Below are positions 37,203 to 47,316 of a DNA stretch of 64,000 nt, piece by piece. This stretch comes from Candidatus Sumerlaeaceae bacterium. GTDB taxonomy: Bacteria > Sumerlaeota > Sumerlaeia > Sumerlaeales > Sumerlaeaceae. The stretch's first letter is position 1; each line of letters opens with the position of its first letter. Both the position numbers and the translations under genes were made by a program. The DNA is taken from positions 92,704-156,703 of the forward strand of contig JBPCLP010000024.1 in assembly GCA_051003195.1 (NCBI GenBank). The letters run 5' to 3'. Under the pieces are notes generated by a model. It searched no databases, was not told the origin of the DNA, and was given only the letters and a program-made list of their open reading frames with translations.

Positions 37203-37343
37203 AGAAAGTCGGACTTGCCGCGCCGTTACTACCCCCTCCGCTGAAACCCAGTTTGCATTTGCGTCCGCCTGATGTGCCGCGCACGCCATAACGCTACGGC
37301 TCCCGCTGGATGCCGTTGACCACATTTTCACGGGACTGCCAGA

Positions 37344-38819
37344 ATGCGTAAACCTTGCTTTTTTCGCTCCACCGAAACTCTGCTTGTGGCGCTGGCACTG
37401 CTCACGGTGGGCGTATGCCACGCGCAGGATGCAAGCATCCCACCCAAAGCAGACTCGGGCAATGCTACCGCCTCAGGGATCGTGTACTACCAGAATTACT
37501 GCGCGAATTGCCACGGCGGCAAATTGGAGGGCGGCAATGGTGGCGGGCTGCGCGCACCCTCAGACTTCCAGCACGGCTTTGAGCCCGACGCCGTATTTCG
37601 TAGCATTAGGAACGGCATTCCGGATCTCGGTATGCCGGCCTACGGCGCGACGCTTACCGACGAACAGATCAATGCGCTGGTGGCGGTCATCAAGAATCCA
37701 CAACAGCAGCCTTCTAGTACAACAACGACGACGACGCAATCGATCCGTGAACGCACGAAGCTCCGAACGCTGGATTACGAGGTCAGGGTCGAAGTCTGGG
37801 CAGATGGCCTGACCACACCTTGGGCCATCGATTTCCTGGATGCGCGCAACGCGCTAGTCACCGAGCGCTCCGGTCCGGTGAGGATAATCACCGACGGCAA
37901 GCTGCTTCCCGAGCCGGTAAGCGGGACACCCAAAGCCTGGGAGAATGGACAGGGCGGGATGATGGACGTCGCCGTTGATCCTGACTACGCTAAAAACGGT
38001 TGGGTCTATCTCGGCTACAGTGAGCCGGGAGGAGGCAGCGGCATGACACGCATCGTACGCGGCAAACTGCGCGACGCTATGTGGGTTGACGAACAGGTCG
38101 TCTGGCAGGCCGGCAAGGAGCATTACACGAAAAGTGGAATCCACTTCGGCTGTCGCATCGTGTTCGGCCCCGATGGCAAACTTTACTTCAGCGTCGGCGA
38201 ACGCGGGTCTCAGCAGAAGGCGCAGGACCTTAGCATGCCCAACGGCAAGATTTACCGGTTGAACACCGATGGTACCATTCCCGTCGACAATCCTTTCGCA
38301 AACCGTCACGGCACATTCCCCGGGATTTTCTCCTATGGTCACCGAAATCCACAGGGGCTGTCGTTCCACCCGGTCACGGGCGAGCTGTGGGATGTCGAGC
38401 ACGGGCCACGGGGCGGTGACGAATTAAACCTCGTCCGCGCCGGACAGAATTACGGATGGCCGCTCATTACTTACGGCATTAATTACGACGGAAAGATCCT
38501 CACCAGGGAAAGGGTCCGCCCCGGTCTCAGTCAGCCCATCCATTACTGGCGTCCATCGATCGCTGTTGCCGGCGCCGAGTTCTACACCGGCGACCTCTTT
38601 CCCTACTGGCGCAACCACCTGCTTGTCACGTCTCTCGCCGATAAGGATCTGCGCCTCCTTCAGATCCAGGAAAACCGTGTACTCCACGAAGAGATCCTCT
38701 TCGACAACCTGGCTCGAGTACGCGAGGCCGTCACCGGCCCCGACGGCGCGATCTATGTCGTCATCAACGAGCCCGGCGAAATCCTGCGCCTTACACCAAT
38801 CCAGGAAAAACCGATCTAG
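37344..38819 (+). CDS. Cytochrome c-fused PQQ-dependent glucose/sorbosone dehydrogenase family protein
   Basis: Signal peptide, CANCH; 'GQGGMMDV', 'HFGCRIVF', 'GHRNPQG', 'EHGPRGGDELN', 'NYGWP'. Confidence 0.9.
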   Translation: MRKPCFFRSTETLLVALALLTVGVCHAQDASIPPKADSGNATASGIVYYQNYCANCHGGKLEGGNGGGLRAPSDFQHGFEPDAVFRSIRNGIPDLGMPAYGATLTDEQINALVAVIKNPQQQPSSTTTTTTQSIRERTKLRTLDYEVRVEVWADGLTTPWAIDFLDARNALVTERSGPVRIITDGKLLPEPVSGTPKAWENGQGGMMDVAVDPDYAKNGWVYLGYSEPGGGSGMTRIVRGKLRDAMWVDEQVVWQAGKEHYTKSGIHFGCRIVFGPDGKLYFSVGERGSQQKAQDLSMPNGKIYRLNTDGTIPVDNPFANRHGTFPGIFSYGHRNPQGLSFHPVTGELWDVEHGPRGGDELNLVRAGQNYGWPLITYGINYDGKILTRERVRPGLSQPIHYWRPSIAVAGAEFYTGDLFPYWRNHLLVTSLADKDLRLLQIQENRVLHEEILFDNLARVREAVTGPDGAIYVVINEPGEILRLTPIQEKPI

Positions 38820-38832
38820 TGCGAGCCCGCCG

Positions 38833-38966
38833 GGCACTTCGGTCTGTACGCGCGACCCACACCTGCACGGAATTTTCGGATACGTACGCGCGGCCCACAT
38901 CTGCACGGCACTTCGGATCTGTACCGCGATCCACATCGGCACGGCACTTCGGATCTGTACCGCGAC
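38833..38966 (+). repeat. Tandem repeat, ~36-38-bp unit, ~3.7 copies
   Basis: ggcacttcggatctgtaccgcgatccacatcggcac-type units starting at 38833, 38869, 38907 and 38943, with no spacers. Confidence 0.85.
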
Positions 38967-39147
38967 TGTTAAGGAGCGACCAACCGCGTAACTATTTCTG
39001 TAACACTCTGCTGCGGAATAACGGCGCCTGCCGCTGTCACTTACCGGTGCGTTCCGTCGGTCTCAGTTGTTATGCGACTTCTTGCGCCTAAAGCTGCATT
39101 ACGTTAATTCCTCTGATTCGTCGAAAAAACTCTTCGCTCCGGCCCGG

Positions 39148-40284
39148 TCAATCGCTGCCGGCCATGTCCGCGTAGGGTTGCAGCGCACGCTCTTTGAACT
39201 GAAGGAACTGCCCCGTCTCGATCGATTCGCGAATGCTTCCCATCAGGCCGAGAAAATACGCGAGATTATGCCAGGTCGCCAGCCGAGACGCCAGGATTTC
39301 GTCGGCGAGGAAAAGGTGGCGCAGGTATCCGCGCGAATAAAATCGGCACGTATAGCAGTTACACGTGGAGCTGATGGGGCCTGCGTCGCGTGTGTGCATC
39401 GCATTTCGCAGGTTCATCATGCCTTCGTTCGTATAGACGCGGCCGGTGCGAGCGCTGCGGGTGGGCAACACACAATCGAACATATCAATACCGCGTTCAA
39501 TGGCAACAAAGAAATCCTGTGGCGTGCCGACGCCCATCAGGTAGCGTGGTTTGTCGCGTGGGAGGCTGCGGTTCATTACGTCCAGCGCAGCGCACATTTC
39601 GTCTTTGTTTTCTCCGACGCTCAGCCCGCCGATGGCGTAGCCGGGGAACCCGATGTTCACGGTCGCGGCAGCACTCCACTCGCGCAGGTCCGCGTATACT
39701 CCCCCCTGCACGATGCCGAACAGTGCCTGGCTGTCCGCCCGTCCCGCACACGACGCCTTGCACCGCTCAGCCCAGCGCGCCGTCATTTCGGCGGATTTGC
39801 GGGCGTACTCGTGCGTCGCGGGGTACGGCGGGCATTCGTCAAACGCCATCACGATGTCGGCGCCAAGGTTCTGCTGGATCTGCATCGATTTCTCGGGCGT
39901 GAGAAACAGCGCCGCGCCGTCGATAGGGGAGCGGAATCGTACTCCTTCTTCAGTGATCTTGTTCAGTTGGCCCAGCGAGAACACCTGGAAGCCGCCGCTG
40001 TCCGTCAGGATCGGCCGGTTCCAGTGCATCATTTTATGCAGGCCGCCAAGGTCCCGTACAATTTCATCACCGGGGCGCAGCGTGAGGTGGAAGGTGTTCG
40101 CAAGTATTATCTGCGCGCCGACTTCTTCCAGCTCTTCGGGGGTCATGGCTTTCACCGTGGCTTTCGTCCCGACTGGCATAAAGACCGGTGTCCGAATGGC
40201 CCCGCGTGGAGTGCTCAGCGTTCCGGTACGCGCGCTGGTGGCCTGGTCCTCGTGATGGACCTCAAACTGAAATGCGGTGCTCAT
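39148..40284 (-). CDS. tgt: Queuine tRNA-ribosyltransferase
   Basis: 'TPVFMPVGT', 'TDSGGFQV', 'FGIVQGG', 'DMFDCVLPTR', Zn motif CNCYTC...HN. Confidence 0.97.
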   Translation of the reverse strand: MSTAFQFEVHHEDQATSARTGTLSTPRGAIRTPVFMPVGTKATVKAMTPEELEEVGAQIILANTFHLTLRPGDEIVRDLGGLHKMMHWNRPILTDSGGFQVFSLGQLNKITEEGVRFRSPIDGAALFLTPEKSMQIQQNLGADIVMAFDECPPYPATHEYARKSAEMTARWAERCKASCAGRADSQALFGIVQGGVYADLREWSAAATVNIGFPGYAIGGLSVGENKDEMCAALDVMNRSLPRDKPRYLMGVGTPQDFFVAIERGIDMFDCVLPTRSARTGRVYTNEGMMNLRNAMHTRDAGPISSTCNCYTCRFYSRGYLRHLFLADEILASRLATWHNLAYFLGLMGSIRESIETGQFLQFKERALQPYADMAGSD

Positions 40285-40410
40285 AGTTGCCGATCTAATG
40301 TGCCGAATCAGTAGTTCATTACCAGACCAAAGGGCGACTTGACCTCGATTCGGCACACAGGACTGATTGCGAACTAACGGTAGACCACACTAGGTTCCTG
40401 TTAGAGCGTT

Positions 40411-41781
40411 TCATTCGCGGATGTAGCCACGGGTCAGGATGGCGGCTTCGAAACCGTCGACGTCAAGATGCCGCGGCCAGGTGCGAAAAATATTGTCCTT
40501 GTCGCGCAATTGCAGGATGGCAGCAGGAAGGCCGCTTGTATTCATCTCGTGCTGGAAGTTGGGGTGGGTGCTGAGAAAGCCATGCACCACATCGCGGTTT
40601 TCCTCATCGCTGATCGTGCACGTACTGTAGACCAGGCGCCCTCCTGGTTTCACCAGGAGGGCCGCGCGCGCCAGCAACTCGGCCTGTTGCTGCCCGAGCA
40701 CTTTCAATTCTTCCGGCTGAATGCGGTAGCGTATCTCCGGGTTGCGGCGAAGAGTACCAAGACCTGAACACGGTGCATCCACCAGCACGGCGTCGAAGCT
40801 CCCATGGAATCTGTCGGAGTCCATCACAGCCACAAACGGCAGCACTTCGACACCGGGTGTCTGCAGTCGCGCGACATTTTCACGCAACAGGTTCAGGCGG
40901 CCCTCCGAAATGTCTGTCGCCACGATGGTGGCCGCGCCACCGCTAAGTTCAGCCATGTGGGTAGTCTTGCCGCCGGGTGCGGCACACACGTCCAGCACCT
41001 TTTCGCCTGCTTTTGGCGCAACGAGATGTGCAACTGCCTGGCTTCCCTCGTCCTGCAGGTAGAAGGCACCACTGCCAAACGGTACGCTTTTCACCAGCGA
41101 CTGCAGTGGCACCTCATCGACGATCAGTGCGTCCGGCGACAGGGTGCCTGCCCGGCATTCGCCACCAAGGTCGCGCATCACAGCGATTAAATCGTCTCGC
41201 GTGGTCCGCAGGGGATTCACGCGAACCGCAACGGGTGCCTCCTGGTTGTTCGAGGCAAGGATGGCTTCAGTAGTTCCGCCGAACTTCCGTTCGACATATC
41301 GAACCAGCCATTCTGGATGGCTGTAACGAATCGACAGCCCCGCGGGATCGGCACCTTTCGGCAGCTGCATTTCAGGAAGTGCCAGGATCCGACGGATCAC
41401 AGCATTCACGAATCTGCTGTCGCGCTCGTGCAGCCGCAGCGCCCTGCGCGCGATATCGACGGCGTCACTTGCAATGGCATGATCGGGAATGCGTTGCAGA
41501 AAGAACTTTTGGAAAGTAGCCATTCGCAACAGGACCCGAACGCCGGGATCGAGCCGACTGGGCGCCATCCGCAGAAACTCGCGGTACTGGGCATCCAGCA
41601 GCAGCGTGTTCCGCAGCACCCCGTATACGATAGCCGTGGCCAGCCTTGCATCTGGCTCCGAAAGCCGCGCGCGCCTGATTTCTGCATCCAGGCATTCAGC
41701 CGAAAACACCCGTTTGTCCTGCTGAAGCCGAAGCAATACGCGCACGGCGGTGATGCGGGCAGGGGAGGGATGAGCGGCCAC
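40411..41781 (-). CDS. rsmB: 16S rRNA m5C967 methyltransferase RsmB/Sun
   Basis: NusB-like N-domain; 'QDEGSQ', 'DVCAAPGGKT', 'DAPCSG', 'YSTCT'. Confidence 0.93.
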   Translation of the reverse strand: MAAHPSPARITAVRVLLRLQQDKRVFSAECLDAEIRRARLSEPDARLATAIVYGVLRNTLLLDAQYREFLRMAPSRLDPGVRVLLRMATFQKFFLQRIPDHAIASDAVDIARRALRLHERDSRFVNAVIRRILALPEMQLPKGADPAGLSIRYSHPEWLVRYVERKFGGTTEAILASNNQEAPVAVRVNPLRTTRDDLIAVMRDLGGECRAGTLSPDALIVDEVPLQSLVKSVPFGSGAFYLQDEGSQAVAHLVAPKAGEKVLDVCAAPGGKTTHMAELSGGAATIVATDISEGRLNLLRENVARLQTPGVEVLPFVAVMDSDRFHGSFDAVLVDAPCSGLGTLRRNPEIRYRIQPEELKVLGQQQAELLARAALLVKPGGRLVYSTCTISDEENRDVVHGFLSTHPNFQHEMNTSGLPAAILQLRDKDNIFRTWPRHLDVDGFEAAILTRGYIRE

Positions 41782-41930
41782 GAACGACTATACAAAACGC
41801 GAAACTCTGAAATGCTTTGAGAAAGCTGCGATTTATTTTGTAACTGACGCGGTAGTCACTTTCCAGTAGTTTGGGTAAACTTCCAAACATGCAGGCGGCA
41901 CGACCGCCCGCTAAGGGATGCAGAACAGTG

Positions 41931-43049
41931 ATGCGCTGGCTCAGAGACCCTGTTTATCTAACGCGAACCTTCTTCGTGCTCATTGCAACGCTCGTCGGCT
42001 ACTGGGTCGGGCGTGGCTATACACCCTCACAGGGACCCGCTGCCTCCATTGCCGGGTTTTCGATCGCCATCATCTTTGTGGTGTTCGAAGTCTCTACCAA
42101 TATCATTTCTTCGAAGAAGATCTTGCTGGCAGGTGCGGGGCTGATTTCCGGGTTGATCGTCTCATGGTTCATCTATCCTACCATCCCGCATACGGTTTTC
42201 GGTGCCGGTGAGGGCGCCGAAAGTATTATCCAGGCGCAATTGAAGGCGCGAATCCTGTGCAATCTCGTGTTCGGTTATTTCGGAATCGTGCTCGCCATTA
42301 AGCATGCAAACCGGTTCAGCTTTTCACGCCTCAATTTCATCATGGCGTCGCCCAACGATGCCGCGAAGCTACTGGATACCAGCGTCATTGTGGATGGCAG
42401 AATCAAAGACCTGATGTCCGCAAATTTCATGCAGGGCAATTTTATTGTGCCGGAGTTTGTGCTGGATGAACTGCAAAAAATCGCGGACTCCTCGGATCCG
42501 AAGCGGCGTGCTCGCGGGCGCCGCGGGTTGGAAATGCTTGAGCAGATCAAGGACGCAACGCCGCGCCTCTCCATCATGGAAAAGGATTTCCCCGACATTA
42601 AGGACGTGGACCACAAGCTGATCGCGCTGGCCAAGGAGATCGGCGCAGACCTTGTCACCAACGACTACAATCTACAGAAGGTGGCGCAACTTCACAAGGT
42701 GCGCGTGCTCAATATTAACGAACTTTCGCACATGCTGAAGCCGTCGGTGTTTGTCGGAGAAACCCTGAATCTCTTTGTAAGCAAGGAAGGCAAGGAGCCG
42801 CACCAGGGAGTCGGCTACCTGGAAGACGGCACGATGGTTGTGATCGAGGACGGCCGCAATCGGATCGGCTCGGAAGTCGAAGTCAGCGTCACAAGCATCC
42901 TGCAGACCCCTGCCGGCCGGATGATTTTTGCGCGCGCGCAGCCGGGTGACAGCAGTTCCGCCCCCATTCGCATGTCCCACGTCGAGGCGCGCACAGCCGC
43001 CCCGGAACTGGTCGTCGCAGCGCCGAGGCGGACAAAAGAGCGCATCTGA
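41931..43049 (+). CDS. PIN/TRAM domain membrane protein (YacL-like)
   Basis: 4 TMs, 'LDTSVIVDGRI', 'TNDYNL', 'QGVGYLEDGTMVV', 'QTPAGRMIF'. Confidence 0.9.
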   Translation: MRWLRDPVYLTRTFFVLIATLVGYWVGRGYTPSQGPAASIAGFSIAIIFVVFEVSTNIISSKKILLAGAGLISGLIVSWFIYPTIPHTVFGAGEGAESIIQAQLKARILCNLVFGYFGIVLAIKHANRFSFSRLNFIMASPNDAAKLLDTSVIVDGRIKDLMSANFMQGNFIVPEFVLDELQKIADSSDPKRRARGRRGLEMLEQIKDATPRLSIMEKDFPDIKDVDHKLIALAKEIGADLVTNDYNLQKVAQLHKVRVLNINELSHMLKPSVFVGETLNLFVSKEGKEPHQGVGYLEDGTMVVIEDGRNRIGSEVEVSVTSILQTPAGRMIFARAQPGDSSSAPIRMSHVEARTAAPELVVAAPRRTKERI

Positions 43050-43184
43050 GCACTTGGTCCCGGTGCACAATTAGGGCTCGTTATGCCCGTGGATTTCCAT
43101 TGCTCCGGCCGTGCTGGGCGCGAGAATTTACTCTGCATCGAATCCGTTTCGAAGCGTGAGTTGAATGCTTTTGGAGGTGTTAAC

Positions 43185-43955
43185 ATGATGCAGAATTCCT
43201 CGGAATCCAGTCGGCGCAGCTTCCTTACCCGGGTAGCAGGTGGTTTTACGGCAGCATTCGCCGCGCAGGCTTTCGGTGCGACGAGCACTCCCTCGGCCGT
43301 GCCCGCCACTACAGGCACTGCAACCGGCGCCGCAGCGGCACCCGGTCCTTTCCAGGTTCCGCCTTTGCCGTACGCTTATGACGCGCTTGAGCCGCATATC
43401 GATAAAACGACGATGCAGCTGCACCACGACAAGCACCATGCGACTTATGTGTCGAAATTGAACGAGGCGGTTGCGGGAAAGCCGGAACTCACTGACAAAT
43501 CGGTGGAGGAACTGCTGAAAAAGATTAATTCCTTGCCGGAGGGAATCCGCACCGCAGTGCGCAATAACGGCGGAGGACATGCCAACCATAGCATGTTCTG
43601 GGATATCATGACACCGGGGGGGGCCACAAATCCGAGTGGTGACCTGGCCGATGCCATTAAGAGCACCTTCGTTAGCTTTGATGAATTCAAAACGAAGTTT
43701 AACGACGCCGGCGCCAAACGCTTTGGCAGTGGCTGGGTCTGGTTAATCAAAAATAAGGACGGGAAGCTGGAGATCATCTCTACCGCCAACCAGGACAGCC
43801 CGCTTATAGAAGGCCAACAGCCGATCCTCGCCAATGACGTATGGGAGCACGCTTATTATCTGAAGTATCAAAACAAGCGTGCAGATTACCTTGCCGCATG
43901 GTGGAACGTCGTGAACTGGGACAAGGTGGCGGAGCGGTTTAAGAAACTGTCGTAG
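43185..43955 (+). CDS. sodA: Mn/Fe superoxide dismutase with Tat signal
   Basis: GGAGG RBS; 'SRRSFL'; 'HHDKHH', '[12 protein letters not shown]', 'DVWEHAYY'. Confidence 0.9.
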   Translation: MMQNSSESSRRSFLTRVAGGFTAAFAAQAFGATSTPSAVPATTGTATGAAAAPGPFQVPPLPYAYDALEPHIDKTTMQLHHDKHHATYVSKLNEAVAGKPELTDKSVEELLKKINSLPEGIRTAVRNNGGGHANHSMFWDIMTPGGATNPSGDLADAIKSTFVSFDEFKTKFNDAGAKRFGSGWVWLIKNKDGKLEIISTANQDSPLIEGQQPILANDVWEHAYYLKYQNKRADYLAAWWNVVNWDKVAERFKKLS

Positions 43956-43965
43956 TTGATGTATT

Positions 43966-44970
43966 CTACTCCAGTATAATCTCTGAAGAGTCGCCGACGT
44001 TCAACTTAAACAAGTTCCCGACGACTTTTGCGTTGTCGCTGATAATCGAGTCTTCCAGGATGATGGAACTCACTTCCGAGTTCTCGCCCAGAATGGAGTT
44101 CTTGATGATGGCGTCCTGGATAACCGTATTTGCGGAAATGCTGACATGCGGTCCGACGATGCAGTTCTTCAAGGTGGCACTGGGGCAAATGGCAACGGGC
44201 ATACGAATTACTGACCCGGCATAGCGTTTACTGAGTGCAGCATATTCCGTGGCGCCCTGCATCTGTTTGTCGAGCAGGTCGCGGTTGGTCAGCAGCATGG
44301 TTTCGGGTTTTCCGCAGTCGTACCAGCCATCCACCAGGAAAGTGCGCATGTGCTCGCCGCGATCCAGCATCATCTGCAGGGCGTCGGTCAGCTGGTATTC
44401 GCCTTTAGTCGTTTTGTCGGAAGCAATTAATTCATCCAGGCAGTCGTACAGTGCCTTCGGGCGGGTGATATAGTAGATGCCAACGATGGCCAGGTTGGTC
44501 GGTGGCTTTTCGGGTTTCTCGATCAGGCGTTTCACCTGCAGCTTCGAGTCGAGTTCCACGATTCCAAACCGCCGCGCATCGTCGACTTCTTTAACTCCGA
44601 GTGCGCTCTCAGCGAAATCGAACACCTTTCGCAGGTCAGCCTTGAAGATGGTGTCGCCGAGCACGATCAACACCGGCTCTTCGGCGTAATGCAGGGACTT
44701 GGTAAGCGAAACGGCGTGACCAAGGCCTTTCATTTCGGCCTGCTCGACAAAGTTGGATTTAAACGTGTACCTGGACTTAACGTATTCCCGGATCATATCG
44801 CCCTTGTACCCGATGATAAATGTGACTTCATCGAAGCCGAGTGTGGTCAGCTCGTCCAGGATGTGTGCCAGCATCGGTTTGCCGGCCACCGGCAGCAGCA
44901 CCTTGGGCGCTGTATGCGTATGCGGCCGAAGACGAGTCCCTATACCAGCAACCGGAATAATGGCTTTCAA
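43966..44970 (-). CDS. Sugar-1-phosphate nucleotidyltransferase with C-terminal beta-helix
   Basis: 'KAIIPVAGIGTRLRP', 'EKP', 'WYDCG', hexapeptide-like tail; TTG start after GGAG. Confidence 0.88.
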   Translation of the reverse strand: MKAIIPVAGIGTRLRPHTHTAPKVLLPVAGKPMLAHILDELTTLGFDEVTFIIGYKGDMIREYVKSRYTFKSNFVEQAEMKGLGHAVSLTKSLHYAEEPVLIVLGDTIFKADLRKVFDFAESALGVKEVDDARRFGIVELDSKLQVKRLIEKPEKPPTNLAIVGIYYITRPKALYDCLDELIASDKTTKGEYQLTDALQMMLDRGEHMRTFLVDGWYDCGKPETMLLTNRDLLDKQMQGATEYAALSKRYAGSVIRMPVAICPSATLKNCIVGPHVSISANTVIQDAIIKNSILGENSEVSSIILEDSIISDNAKVVGNLFKLNVGDSSEIILE

Positions 44971-45053
44971 AACAACATCTCCGATTTGGTTTTCATAATG
45001 CCAATTCGCAGCCTGCAGCAACGTCTCTGCAAGTCAGAAAATTGATTCGCGCT

Positions 45054-45911
45054 TCAGTGCTCATGCATCCGAAACTCCGGCGAAACATTTATCAGTCGAT
45101 GCTTGACGCAAAGCTCCGAAAACTTTCGCCATCCGGCCAGCTCCCTCTCGCCCAGTTCATAGCATAGGTTCTCGCGAAAGTAACGCAGCGTATCGGCCGG
45201 CGTGCTGCCGTATTCAAAAGCCACGTCACGGGCTATGGACTCTAAGTTATGCAGACCATATTCTTTGGCCGTTTGCAGTATGCCATTAATAGGACGTTCG
45301 CGAGCCGATGGGTGCACCAGCCAGGCCGCGAAAACAAACGGCAGCCCTGTCTGCCGCTGCCACAGTAACCCCAGGTCGAACTGGTAGGGGTGCCGCCCGC
45401 GCTCGTGCATGGCTGGATCACCGATCAGAAGTGCGGCCTCCGTGTTATTCAACGTGTCTCCCGGCTGCCATTGTGCAACGGCAGAATCCATATACTCCGG
45501 TTTCAATCCACGTTCAGCCATTAGCACGCGCAGCAGGTTTATCGATGTAAGACTGCCACTATCCAGGTAAACCCTGCGAACCTGCTCCAGGGAAGACGCG
45601 GCAAACAGCATCACACTGTAAACCTCAGCTCTGGATGCGATCGACACGCCGGGCACGATCGTATAAAACTCGGGTCGCAGCATGTACTCAAATACGGGAA
45701 CGATAGCAGCATCATGTGCGCCTTGCGCTAACTCCTGGGCAAGTTGACGCGGCCTGGCGGCGCGAATCTTCAATGCAACGTTATCGGGTTTGCCATGCTT
45801 CTGCAGCTGCCAGATCAGCGGCTGTACGTTAAGGTAAGGTACCACGCCCAGGCGCAATGGTGACGCGGTAGCGCTATTCAGGTGAGTAGACTCTTGCGGA
45901 TCATCATTCAA
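45054..45911 (-). CDS. mqnA: Chorismate dehydratase (futalosine pathway)
   Basis: 'GVVPYLNVQPL', 'SLTS', 'LLIGDPA', 'DLGLLW...TGLPFVFAAW'. Confidence 0.85.
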   Translation of the reverse strand: MNDDPQESTHLNSATASPLRLGVVPYLNVQPLIWQLQKHGKPDNVALKIRAARPRQLAQELAQGAHDAAIVPVFEYMLRPEFYTIVPGVSIASRAEVYSVMLFAASSLEQVRRVYLDSGSLTSINLLRVLMAERGLKPEYMDSAVAQWQPGDTLNNTEAALLIGDPAMHERGRHPYQFDLGLLWQRQTGLPFVFAAWLVHPSARERPINGILQTAKEYGLHNLESIARDVAFEYGSTPADTLRYFRENLCYELGERELAGWRKFSELCVKHRLINVSPEFRMHEH

Positions 45912-45977
45912 TACGGTTCATTTCTCGCATCAGCAGGTAGTTAATGAGAATGTACACGGCGAGCGGATTTGTCAGTC

Positions 45978-46442
45978 ATGCAAACGTTTCTCCCATATCC
46001 TGATTTCAGGGAATGCGTCCGCGTCCTGGACCATCGCCGGCTCGGCAAGCAGCGAGTCGAGGCGTACCAGATCCTTCGTATCCTGCTGGGGCTTCAGTCG
46101 GGGACGGGATGGCGGAATCATCCCGCAGTACTTATGTGGACGGGCTATGAGGAAGCCTTAAAGCTCTACCACAATTTATGTATCGAGGAGTGGGTGGCCC
46201 GCGGTTTTAAGAACCAGATGCAGCTTTTTGCATGTGATAAGAAACCACCCATGCCGCCATGGCTGGGCAATCCGCGGTTTCATCGCAGTCACCAATCAAA
46301 CCTCCTACGCAAAAATCCCGACTATTACAGGCCTTTCTTCAGGGGAGTACGAAGTAACATTCCGTACTGGTGGCCGACTTACAACAATTGCAAAGGCGGC
46401 TTTGCACAGAAGAAATGTACGAACGCTCCAAAGAAGCGCTGA
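45978..46442 (+). CDS. MSMEG_6728-family / pyrimidine-dimer glycosylase-like protein
   Basis: 'MQTFLPY...LDHRRLGKQRVE...HPAVLMW...HRSHQSNLLRK'. Confidence 0.8.
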   Translation: MQTFLPYPDFRECVRVLDHRRLGKQRVEAYQILRILLGLQSGTGWRNHPAVLMWTGYEEALKLYHNLCIEEWVARGFKNQMQLFACDKKPPMPPWLGNPRFHRSHQSNLLRKNPDYYRPFFRGVRSNIPYWWPTYNNCKGGFAQKKCTNAPKKR

Positions 46443-46463
46443 TGGTGCGTGTGGCCACTTTGT

Positions 46464-47141
46464 TCAGTCGCCGGTCTCGCTATGCGCCGCGCCAACCGCT
46501 TTGCTTTGCGCCGAATCTTTCGCGCGCAGGAAAATGGTGAAAACCACAATAGCAAACACAGCCAGGAACTCACTTTGCCAGTTTTGAAACGACTCAAACC
46601 ACAGGCGTGAGCTTATAAGGTATGATCCAAAACTCTTCGCAGGTTGAGCGTGTTCCTCATTTTCTGAATTATACTCGGCGAATCCTCCGGCCGCGTGCAG
46701 CGCGAAGGAGATAAGGAATAGAGCGAGAAATGCCAGCCATAGGGAGTGCTCGTATAATTTGAGCACCCATCCGCCCTTTTTCACAGGCCACGGAACCGCT
46801 CCCATTTTGCGTGCGCGCTTTTCAGTTTCACGCTCCCTCGCCTTTTCCTCTTCTTCTTCATCCTTTAGCTTGCGACTTTCCACCGAGCCCTTCTGGCGGA
46901 ACACGCGAGTCAGCACGATGTAGACGCCCATCTGCAGGAATTCGCTTTCCCAGTTCTCGAAAGTTGCCTCCACAAAATGGCCCGACCGCACATAGCCGGC
47001 ATAGTTAACGGCAGGACGGCCGTGCTGGCGCTCCGAGTTATTGTATTCGAACATGCCAGCAATGCTTTGTCCCAGCAGAAGGACGGCGAAACAGAGCAGC
47101 AGCGCCACTGAAAGACCATTTTCATACAGCCACTTCTTCAT
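46464..47141 (-). CDS. DUF6766-like membrane protein
   Basis: Internal duplication 'FENWESEFLQ'/'FQNWQSEFLA'; TM helices. Confidence 0.75.
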   Translation of the reverse strand: MKKWLYENGLSVALLLCFAVLLLGQSIAGMFEYNNSERQHGRPAVNYAGYVRSGHFVEATFENWESEFLQMGVYIVLTRVFRQKGSVESRKLKDEEEEEKARERETEKRARKMGAVPWPVKKGGWVLKLYEHSLWLAFLALFLISFALHAAGGFAEYNSENEEHAQPAKSFGSYLISSRLWFESFQNWQSEFLAVFAIVVFTIFLRAKDSAQSKAVGAAHSETGD

Positions 47142-47316
47142 GGGTATCTCCGCTTTGATCGATGCAAAGTTTCTCGGTTAAGTGCAAAAAGAATGCCCCA
47201 ATACGACGTTTCGCGGGGTGGCCATTTGCAGCCCGGAAGATATGAAAAAGCACGTGACTGAGAGCTTTTGCGCACGCGGCATTGGACCTGTAGACGATAT
47301 GGGTGATAGGATTACG

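Noticed and set aside
37201..37230. RNase P RNA-like GAAGAAAGTCGG
   Set aside because: Imperfect match, no 3' P4 partner, and the intergenic gap is too short.
38833..38966. CRISPR array
   Set aside because: Units are contiguous with no unique spacers, and there are no cas genes in the window.
39067..40314. 415-aa + strand ORF
   Set aside because: Antisense shadow of tgt with no recognisable motifs.
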